NCBI GenBank assembly: GCA_973895155.1
Contig: OZ316894.1
Span: 14,089,680-14,153,679, forward strand
Origin: Marsupella aquatica
Taxonomy: Eukaryota > Plantae > Marchantiophyta
Direction: 5' to 3'
Length of the DNA stretch: 64,000 nt
Shown here: in pieces, positions 12,701 through 21,958 of the stretch
How the letters are laid out: every line of letters begins with the position of its first letter
How positions within the stretch are numbered: the first letter of the stretch is position 1
Translations under genes and position numbers: made by a program
The notes under the pieces: model-generated
The model's database searches: none
What the model saw: only the letters and a program-made list of their open reading frames with translations
What the model was told of the DNA's origin: nothing

Positions 12701-12945
12701 TAGTCATCATCATAATTATCAGGCGTCCCTTGCCAATAACTCTGGCTCCTTCTAGGGTATGGATTATGTGATTTCTCTCTAGCTGCCCACCTACCTGGGA
12801 CTTGATGAGGGCCCTGTGCATCTTGCACAAGTGCATTTTTCTGTGAGCCCCCTGCATCTGGGTCTCCATCCATATCCAATCTTTCCTCTTCACCCCACTC
12901 TCCAAGCCCCATGTCTGTCTCCATGTCATCACCCTCTTCCCCCAT
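9774..12945 (-). CDS. Multi-exon TnpA-like (CACTA ORF2) gene of element B
   Basis: Exon-like ORFs at 12574-12945 (acidic/Gly-rich), 11578-12240 (RGG repeats, then KNRWHSDLRGEVLRWLDLS...ERHRLKR..QWTRL), 10939-11226 (coiled coil) and 9774-10367 (FHGKVVPDDHVVV...LPFPNRDDDPPQ..DAVGSLVLWP, the En/Spm ORF2 C-terminal domain). They are separated by GT-AG introns and collinear with 26058-29680. Exact exon structure and integrity were not resolved. Confidence 0.7.
12107..12180 (-). repeat. 18-bp coding tandem repeat (PGRGGT)n, RGG-type low-complexity motif
   Basis: About four copies of CCACGGCCTGG(T/G)GTCCC encode PGRGGRSGRGGTPGRGGTPGRGGTP in ORF 11578-12240. Confidence 0.8.
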
Positions 12946-13122
12946 AGCTTCTGCACAGCACCCACAACCAAACAGGGAGAATCAGCACACTAAATTCAAA
13001 GTATCAATCAATTTCATGCATATCCAACTATCCTAAATATCATTCCAGGCAGCAATTCCCGTTATGTGACTCTGTGCAGGTAGTCATCCTCAACCTCATA
13101 CTTGCCAATCGCCAGCTGTTGC

Positions 13123-16100
13123 CTATTGCAAATCATCAACCTCATCATATTCCATTTGCCCAGGTTCATCATATGTCTCTCTCAATGTTAAGGGGATGTA
13201 GTCAGTCCCTGCCCGAGTTGGAAGTACAGTCTCATGACTAGGATGCTCGAATGCAGCATGGTCATCCAAACTGAACTCTACTTTACTTCCATCCATCCGC
13301 CTGTTCCGTGCTTGGCTATGGCATACCACCCTCCAGCCATGTGACTCCTCCACATCTGCAAAGAAAGCCTGTTCAACTTGGCTAGGGAAAACAAAAGGCT
13401 CAGACCATTCTGGTACTCTGGACCTAAAATTGGCCAACAAGAACCCATCATGATCACGCTTCATGGTGGCCCTTGGTCTCTGCCACTCTGATTTCACCCA
13501 TGATCCCTTCATCAATATCACTGGGACACTTGTGTTACCATAATTCAACACCCAAATGTCGGTCAACTCCCCCACGTAACCCATCTTCATCCACCCCCTC
13601 TGTTCTTCAGAGGTTCTCTGCTCAAACACAGAAATCAAACCACAATCATATGATACACAATGGTCACCCTACTCATCCCTCACTCGATAATGATTTCCAT
13701 AAGCTCTCATCCGTTTGTAGGTCAGAATAGACAATCGTGGTGGCACAGATAGAAGATACAAATCCTTCTCCATATCTGGGTGATGTCTACTATGCTCTCG
13801 AATTGTCACCCGAATCCACTGCTCGAACTGTGGGAAGGGATCCTGCTGCCCAGAGTGTGCAGCTTTTTGCATATCATATTCCCTGCATTATGAGGTACAG
13901 GCATAGTTAGGTCTAAACAACACATGACAACCTAAGATCACCCTTGGAACAGACAAGAAGCATCACAACAAAGGCAAGTCAATTCAATCACTCACCTCCA
14001 CCATGGTTGCATAGGCTCTGTGTTTGCCAGCACATATGAATGAGCCTTGTCTCGAATCGCAACAGGCAGCTGAACAGCACGTCCCACACCTTCAACAACC
14101 TCGCCACTCACTCCATCATCTTCACCAGATTTCCAAACTCTTGTCATAGCTTCACCAGACCCAGCCATGTACTCTGTTAGGAATCCCAACGTCTCATCCT
14201 TAATGTACCCCAATGCCATGGAAGCCTCTGGCCTGTAGTATGTTCTCACATGACCTTTCAACAACTTCATGTATCGCTCCATAGGGTACATCCATCTGGT
14301 ACTGACTGGCCCAGCCCTAGCTCTTCTACCACATGGATTAGGAGATGAGTCATAACATCAAAGAAAGCAGGGGGGAAGTATATCTCCAAGTCACAGAGGA
14401 CATAAGCAGCATCCTGCTTCAACTGCTCCAATCCTTGGGGATCCCACACTTTCACACATATACGGCGAAATACATTGCACAGTCAAAGAATGACATTACG
14501 GACTGGTTTCTGCATGAGACCTCTGAGGCATAGGGGCAGAATGTGCTGCATCAACACATGGTAGTCATGTGTTTTCATACTACCAAGTTTATTCTTTGTA
14601 ATATGCTTCTTGAAGGCACCAGCATAGCCAGAGGGCACTTTCAGACAGCTCAATCTATACAAGAATGTCTTCCATTCATCCTGTGTGCACACATAGGGAG
14701 CTTGGAACTTGAGAAGTACATTGGGATTGCTTGCATGGGGCTTCAACCAAAGGTGAGGGCGAATCCCCTTCTGTTGCATATCAGCTCGAACTGCTCCTGT
14801 ATCTTTCTCACCCGACAAGAACTTCAGCAAGCTCTCACAAATATTTTTCTCAATGTGCATGACGTCCACATTGTGTTTGCTGGGCTCGAATTCCTGCACT
14901 CCACAAAGCAAAGAATTCAACAACAGAAACACTAATTAACCACATAGGAGGATTGTAACCAACATCAATCCACCATTGCTCCAATCTAAAATTGCAATCA
15001 TACAGGGGCTGGAGGCTAAGTACATTACCCTCCAGTACTCCAACTCCAAGTCCATCAAGGTCTGTCTTTTCACACCGTGTTTCACCACTGGATCCTCAGG
15101 TTCTCGATCAGTGGCACTTCTCTTGTCCCAATCAGCCTTCCTGGCTGCCCACCTCAGGACTTGCTCTCTGGTGACCCTCTGTGGTGGGCCACGAAGCTCT
15201 GTTTTGTTGTTGAAGTGTGCAATTTGAGACCGTGTGTGCCTGTAAGGATGATCAACAGGCAGATACCTTCTATGCCCCTGAAATTTCATACTGTGCAGGG
15301 CATGCGACCACTCACTTGTCACATTTTTCCCACATGGTGTGCACCCCACATAGCCCTTTGTCACTCGTCCAGATATGATGCCATGGCCTGGGTAATCTGC
15401 TATATCCAGCAAACAAATTGCATGCAGTCTAAAGGGGCTGGGTCGAAGAAGCCCCTTCAGAACATCATGGGTTAACACCCCTTCTATCCACAAAGTCTTC
15501 CACTCTTCCACTGCTGGAGCCAACATGATATCTATGAATTGCTCGGTCACAGAAGCTGGTCCAGGGATTAACAGCACCATCATGACAAAAAACCTCTTTG
15601 TAGTCATCCATGGGGGAAGGTTGTAATTTAGCAGCGTAACCGGCCAACATGAATAACGGTTGTTTTTGTCTCCAAATGGGTTTACTCCATCCAGTGATAG
15701 ACCAAATCTAAAGTTCCGCTTCTCTGCAGCAAACTGTGGCCACCTCTCATCAACAAATTTCCAATGGTTGGAATCTCCAATGTGACGCTGCAGGCCATCA
15801 CTGCTCTTGTTATCAGGAGTCCATGTCATCAGCTTGGAAATGGCAGGGCATCTAAACAGACGTTGTAGTCTAGGAATGAGAGGAAAATGACGAAGAACCT
15901 TGGCAGGGTGTGTACATTTCCCTACATTCTTGTACCTGTGCTTACCACAATGAGGGCATGTCAATTTATCTGCATGCTCTTTGCGAAAGAGAACACACCC
16001 ATCAGGGCATGCGTCAATAGACACATAGTTCAGCCCAAGGTTAGACATCAATTTCCTAGCCTCGTACATATTTTTTGGAATTGAATTACCATCTGGTAAC

Positions 16101-16819
16101 ACATTTCGGCGCAGGAAGGTCAACAACTTTGTCACAAATATATTGGGAACATTGTGATTGCCACAGATGTTCAACAACAACACGACAAAACCCAGCTTGG
16201 AGCAGTTCGACCCCTCGTAGATAGGAATGCAAGCTTCTTTGATGTGTTTTGGGCCCCCAAACACCCACTCCCTCTCTGCTGCACCTTCCCCAATGTCAAA
16301 GTCAGGTTCAGCTTGGCCGTCGCCAATGTGTGGCTGCGGTTCATTGTCCTCTTCTAATTCCACTGTGTCGTAAAAAGCATCAAGGTCTTCAAAAATCTCT
16401 TGAACCATTCTTGGGACATCCATCCCACCGTCCTCAGTGACTGCCTCTCCATCTCCATCTTGGTCATCCACGTTCTCATGTTGGACCCCAGGACCATCCT
16501 CTGCACAGTCTATGTCCTGCTCTACGTAGTCTCTACGCCTAGCTGTATTAGAATCCACAAAGTCAGCTCTCCACTCTTCATCAGAGGAGTCTTCTTCTGC
16601 TGGTACATTCCAAACCCTCCACCGAGGGTGCCTTTCATGCCGCAGCAGGTGAAGGTGCACAGTGTTCAAACTCAACGACTTGAATCCTTGGCACTGTGTG
16701 CATGGGCATCTCATCCTCCTACTCCTACCTTGGGCGGCCCGTGCTTGTTCACGCATCCACAATTTAGAATCATGATGCCTAATCCTAAATGGGTTGTGAA
16801 GAGGCAACCTTGGAGCCAT
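13123..16819 (-). pseudogene. CACTA transposase (TnpD: N-terminal Zn motif, Transposase_21 core, DUF4218, DUF4216), 3 exons, inactivated
   Basis: Exons ~16819-15029, 14893-13996 and 13882-13123 with GT-AG junctions. Motifs: RCPCTQC, IDACPDGCVLF..CPHC, LSLDGVNPF, YNLPPW, DYPGHG, HNVDVMHIEKNICESL, KTHDYH, FFDVMTHLLIH, WMYPMERYMK. Lesions: TGA at 14483-14485 (likely CGA), a frameshift near 14312, and TAG at 13669-13671. Confidence 0.93.
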
Positions 16820-17145
16820 CACTATACACACGCACTCAGCACCCTGTCATTTTATTATGCAAGTGAAAAATACACTTCCTGTTAAGGATTTCACCCCCGA
16901 CTGTACTTGCCAAAATACGTAACGTTCCAAAAAAACAAAAAAACAAAAAATATAGGTGCCTGAGTCATGTACCTATTCTCAAGTGAATGAGACAAAATTC
17001 CTAAATGTTTGAGGGTGTCAACTCCTCCGCTGTCCTCACATGTACTGCCTCTGCACGTACATCCATGACCATATCAGAGTCCAATCATGTATAGTCATAG
17101 ACACAGGTGCCAGGTGCGAGACTGGTGTGAGATGTCCTCATCTTA

Positions 17146-17715
17146 CTACCACATCAAATACGGATACCAATCCTGTTGTCGATGCCACTCAGCCCTGAGG
17201 TACTCAGGCATGTACATTAAGTCATCAAGGTCTAAACCCTGCTCATGCCATGGTGGTCTTCGATCCGTGCCTACAAGTAGTGGCAGCAGTGCCCTCCATG
17301 GTGCACATGTTGCTACCAAGTCCCTCCACTGGGTACTAATTAGTCTATATTTGTAGATATCTTGTGCGCCAGACACCACAAGAACCCTCGGCTAGACATG
17401 TGTAAGAACTATATCATCTGCCAAATCAGGCAACAAGGAACCACCTACAGCATCATGCTTGTCTAACTCATCTGCTGAAAAGTAAATGTCCTCTTCCGAC
17501 TGTGCATCCTCATTCACCACAGCATTCACAACACATCCAAGATCTGCAGGCATTATCTCGGATGGAGCTACACTCTGTCTGGTTACCAATCCACACAAGT
17601 AAGCCCAAGCAGTAGCCATGCACGATGCAACCCGTAGGAGGACCCTACATAGGGCCTGACGGTCTGGAAGAGGCAGCATACCCACCAAAGTCTTCAGCCA
17701 AACAGAGCCCAGCAA
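17146..17715 (-). pseudogene. F-box protein, transposon cargo, one premature stop (likely TGG>TAG)
   Basis: ORFs 17392-17715 and 17146-17379 are in the same frame. Reading through the TAG at 17392-17394 gives SLLPDLADDIVLTHV(W)PRVLVVSGAQDIYKYRLISTQWRDLV, which matches the F-box consensus LP.LPDD......RV.......RLVS..WR.LV. Confidence 0.72.
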
Positions 17716-17855
17716 GTAGATTCACAGTCACACCCCACGCAGCAGGAAACAACAATCACTTCAACTGCGACCAACCATGACAAGATGAGTTAGTTCAAGG
17801 ATCACATTTATTACAAAATTGTGATTTATACAAAAATATGAGGGACTCCTACTCC

Positions 17856-18704
17856 TCACTCTCTCCCACCTTTGCTAAGCATACATCTCCGCTGAATCTT
17901 GGAGGGCCAGGCCTCAAAAATATCAAAGTCCCAAGCATTCTGTCGCTTCCCTCTAGCTGCTGATTCCAGAAGCCAATCAGGGGAAAGCACCCAAAGATTG
18001 TTGTTCATGACAAAATCACGCACTGTTGTCTTAAAGAATTTTCTGCATATTTTCATGTATGACAGACCTACAACATGAGTGGAGGTTTCTGTTAGACTCT
18101 CCTCCACTATCCCACCTAGCTCAACAACTATAGACTTGTACAATCTGCACTTAGTCTCCCCAATTCCTTCTTCTGCAAATACCACACTGAACCCCTTCAT
18201 AATGGTATTTCTCTCCTTGCCATGCTCATTCAATATAGCATCTGCACGCATAGGATGGTGTCCTATGTTGACAACAGGTCCATATTGGACAGAAGCAAAG
18301 TTGGGTTTCTCTGCCGCTGCTTCATAGGCTTCCTTTTCAGCCAAAGCCTCTGCAGTGGCCTCCTCACTCTCCCACAACTCATATTGCTCAGTACTCTGTA
18401 CACACCTATGTTTAACAGAATCGGTCAGCCAAGAGACTTCAACTACTTTTAGACCTTGGTTGGTAATGGCAGAATCAATGAAGGACCATGACCAGTTGTT
18501 CATCACATCCAGCCATGTCCCCGCAACAACATGTGTAGTCTGTGGAGTGATGTCCTTGACTTCAGTCCCATGGAACTCTGAGAATCGTTTTTGTACGATT
18601 GGCCAACTCACTTGGGTGAACCCATAGTGGCCAGGAATCAAAATGGCTTTGATTCCAGCCAACAGAGGCGGGTGGTCAACCTTTGTACGTTTCCTAGAGG
18701 CCAT
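17856..18704 (-). CDS. Tandem-BRCT protein (~282 aa), transposon cargo
   Basis: Intact ORF starting MASRKRTK (basic, NLS-like). Two BRCT repeats: LLAGIKAIL...HGTEVKDITPQTTHVVA...VVEVSWLTDSVKHR..STEQYEL and IMKGFSVVF...LGGIVEESLTETSTHVVG...VLSPDWLLESAARGKRQNAWDFDI. Both carry the THVV and W-L-x-[DE]-S signatures. Confidence 0.88.
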   Translation of the reverse strand: MASRKRTKVDHPPLLAGIKAILIPGHYGFTQVSWPIVQKRFSEFHGTEVKDITPQTTHVVAGTWLDVMNNWSWSFIDSAITNQGLKVVEVSWLTDSVKHRCVQSTEQYELWESEEATAEALAEKEAYEAAAEKPNFASVQYGPVVNIGHHPMRADAILNEHGKERNTIMKGFSVVFAEEGIGETKCRLYKSIVVELGGIVEESLTETSTHVVGLSYMKICRKFFKTTVRDFVMNNNLWVLSPDWLLESAARGKRQNAWDFDIFEAWPSKIQRRCMLSKGGRE

Positions 18705-19302
18705 GTACACACGGGCCACCTAATCACTGCAGACCGGAAGATAATGCGTTCACCTGATAATCGGAGGGCCCTTAAAATGCTGCGTTTATAACTTGGTCCA
18801 GTCCAGTCGTCTGGTGAGTCTCTGCTCCGATTCCAAACGGGAGAAATATTGGGACAAACGTACTAGACACCTGCAAGCATGCACCTCATAGTTTGAATAT
18901 GTGCCTTGACAATATTGAAGGTGACAAGTGCAATTGTTTTGTGATGCCACATACAGATGTTGTAAATGGGCAGACATTCAATGAGAATAGAAAATGTTGG
19001 TACACTTTAAGGGAATTCTTGCAAATTAAATAGCCTTGTAACTTATATGCTCATAATGAGAAGTCCTGATTTAATTTAAGCAGTGTCATGTAAGTCGTGA
19101 TCAAAATGATTGCAGAGTTAAAAAAGTTCCTAGAAGGCTTAAGGGGAGTTTTTGAAGGCATGTACCCAGGAACAAGTAATGAACTTAGGGTACTTGTTGC
19201 CTAAGCATCCTCTCCTACAGAGGTCCTTCTTCTCAAAATTGGAATGTCTGCAATCTCCAAGGTATCCACATCAGGTGCACTATGCATGTACATTATTCAG
19301 GT

Positions 19303-19983
19303 TCAAAGCCAAGAAATGTGATCTCTCATGGGAGTGTGCAAAGTAGGATCTATGGCATGGCGATGACAATAGAAGATCCATCGATCAACACCATGTGCAG
19401 AGTGATGATAGATGTGTCTGTCACAAGCATAGCCTTCTGCTTGACGCTCCTTCAAACAATGAAAGTGCCACATGGTGGGACACCTAACACAGTGGACTAT
19501 GTCCACCCAGAAATCTTCATCGTGCTGACCACATGCCTTGCACTTATGAAGTGGGCAAGCTGTGGCAAGATCGGGCAAACATGAAAAACAAAAGAACCTC
19601 ACACAATATCTGTCAGGGCATTTCCTAACAAGTGGTGGAGCATCAACAGAGCCCTCATAAGACCCCAACTTCCCACACTGTGCACACTTAGCCTGCTTCT
19701 CCAAACAATCAGTGCACATCCAGCCTCCCTGGTGTGCTGACGGGAGGCCCACCCCTGGACAGTTGTTTTCTGCAGCAAGGTCAGACTCCGGGTTGAGGTG
19801 GAAATGCCTCATGCAAGGGCCCTCACATATGGCTAAGCCACCACCATCGTCACAAATGGCACAACAATGAGCTGCCTTCTGGAAAATCTGACTTGCGGAG
19901 AAGTTACTACCATCTGGCCCAACTACACCTGTGTTGCTCACCTCTGTCCCCCGCTTCTTGGCTCGGATTTTAGGGCGTGCCAT
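19303..19983 (-). CDS. Stand-alone EDM2-type multi-PHD zinc-finger protein (226 aa), transposon cargo, copy B
   Basis: Intact and the same length as 321-1001. I count about 31 substitutions in 226 aa with all Cys retained. It has the same EDM2-like motif order, ending IFYCHRHAIDPTLHTPMRDHI. Confidence 0.88.
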   Translation of the reverse strand: MARPKIRAKKRGTEVSNTGVVGPDGSNFSASQIFQKAAHCCAICDDGGGLAICEGPCMRHFHLNPESDLAAENNCPGVGLPSAHQGGWMCTDCLEKQAKCAQCGKLGSYEGSVDAPPLVRKCPDRYCVRFFCFSCLPDLATACPLHKCKACGQHDEDFWVDIVHCVRCPTMWHFHCLKERQAEGYACDRHIYHHSAHGVDRWIFYCHRHAIDPTLHTPMRDHISWL

Positions 19984-20652
19984 GCCTACGCCTGAGACAA
20001 ATAGTACAATTTAGTAGAGTGCACAGACAATACAATTTAGTGCAGTGTACAAAAAGTACAGTGTAGCATATAGACTAGAGTGGCAATTGCTACTGCAATG
20101 AAATGTTCACACACATGTGCAGAGTAGACATACTTTTTGGTTTGTTGAGCCCACACTAAAAACTGATCCCCTCGTACAATAGCTCCACCTACACCTCAAT
20201 TTTGTGGCTATGATTCACCAAAGGAGATCTGCAACAAGATTTAATGCATTTGAATCACATATAACAGTCGTGACATGTAAAACAGGCATTTTTTGAACAG
20301 GATTGGTATCAAGCAGTGTGATCAGGGTTGTAATTTATACATCCTAAATAGGCTATGATAGTGAATGAGACAAATAAGTTAGGCATAAATCACTTTTTCC
20401 AGGTTATCACATGGCCCATTAATTCCAGTCTTTGAAAGGAGACTTTTAAGTGAGCTTGCTAGCCTCTTAATTTAGGATATTGTACTTAGTGCAGCCATAA
20501 TAGGATAAGTTATGTACTGTTGACCGTAAACCCTGGACCCAAAATTGCTCATAATTCAAAATCTTAAGTAAATATCCTCTCTGTTCTAGTCAAAGTGTTA
20601 AGTTATAGGTCAATCGTCTCTGGTCTGTGCATGCGGTGTGACAAGTGGTCTT

Positions 20653-21102
20653 CTACAGCGTGTGATCCAAACATGTGTAGACACCAAAGTGACCGGTGGT
20701 GGGGTCTGGGAGGGCAGGACAAGTGACATCGCCAGGCGCACTGCAGGATGGCGAGTGGTTCCAGATGATACATTGTGCTCTGTGAAAAAACCGACATCCA
20801 AGAGAACGGTCATCCAACTCTAGGCCAGAAGCCCTACAGGCAGGACAGTCATACTGGCAACTGTGCACACACCCTTGGGCCCTAATTTGTGGTGGGTCAT
20901 GTACAAGAGACAAAAATACCAAGGATGTTGGGAAGGATGGAGAAGCAGGTACAGGGCGGCTGTAGTTATTCCTGGCAACAACTGGGTACTCAAAGTACCA
21001 TGCAGATTGGGCTGGAAGGATCCCAAGTCTGACATACTCAAGGCGCAACATCTCTGCCTTGTGTGCAAGCCGCACATGTTCAGCATTGCGGGTCCTCACC
21101 AT
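20653..21102 (-). CDS. Cys/His-rich 149-aa PHD-like protein, transposon cargo, copy B
   Basis: ATG at 21102 (MVRTRNAEHV); collinear with 1772-2221, same length and stop position. Confidence 0.7.
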   Translation of the reverse strand: MVRTRNAEHVRLAHKAEMLRLEYVRLGILPAQSAWYFEYPVVARNNYSRPVPASPSFPTSLVFLSLVHDPPQIRAQGCVHSCQYDCPACRASGLELDDRSLGCRFFHRAQCIIWNHSPSCSAPGDVTCPALPDPTTGHFGVYTCLDHTL

Positions 21103-21486
21103 AAGTGTTGCTTTTGTGGAGTGTCGTGTGTTCACGTCCTCTGATAAGCACCTTCGATCAGCAAGGTGAGCAGGAGCTGTACTTGCCTCACCAACAGCAA
21201 CCAACCTTAAATTATCAGTTCCCACTCACTGTGTCATTCCATTGGTTCCAGCTAGGGGTCACAATGTAAACATAGCATGAAACACTCCTAATCAACTTGC
21301 TTACAAACTACAATATCCAGAAAGAGTGAAAGTCTCACCCTCCAGTGAGCAGCAGAGAGGTAGTTCACTGGATGTGTTGATGTGCAGTTAAACCTCCACT
21401 ATTGCTTACTTCCGGTGTATGCTGCTCAGTCGGAGACATATTAGTAGCAGCAAATTGCAAATAATGGCCATAAGCAAACCGTGAGA

Positions 21487-21958
21487 GTACTCAAAGTACC
21501 ATGCAGATTGGGCTGGAAGAATCCCCAGTCTGACATACTCAAGGCGCAACATCTCTGCCTTGCGTGCAAGCCACACATGTTCAGCGTTGCGGGTCCTCAC
21601 CATAAATGTTGCTTTTGTTGTGATGTCCTCTGTTCACGTCCTTTGATGAGCAAGGCGAGCAGGAGGTCGACTTGCCTTGCCCACAACAACCAACCTGCAC
21701 TTATCAGCTCCCACTCACTAAATTGGTTCCAACTACAGGTCACAATATACACATAGCATGAAAGGTGCATAGCACATATTTGATGCTAAGTTCCTGAGAC
21801 AAAGAGCATGTATATAAAACCATGTTCTCCATGGACATGTACATAAATCATATTTGGATCCTGTTTTTTCATCCAGAAAGATCGAAAGTCTCACCTTGCA
21901 GGTTGCAGCAAAGAGAAAACTCACTGGTTGTCGTGTTGTGCAAGTGAACCTCCACTGA
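21487..21958 (-). pseudogene. Truncated duplicate of the 5' part and leader of the Cys-rich cargo gene
   Basis: Encodes MVRTRNAEHVWLARKAEMLRLEYVRLGILPAQSAWYFEY and then breaks off. The upstream sequence is nearly identical to 2107-2570. Confidence 0.8.

Noticed and set aside
16820-21225. Prokaryotic operon or bacterial horizontal transfer explanation for the compact co-oriented ORFs
   Set aside because: The domains (PHD, F-box) are eukaryotic, the ORFs are preceded by splice acceptors, and the neighbouring genes have spliceosomal introns.
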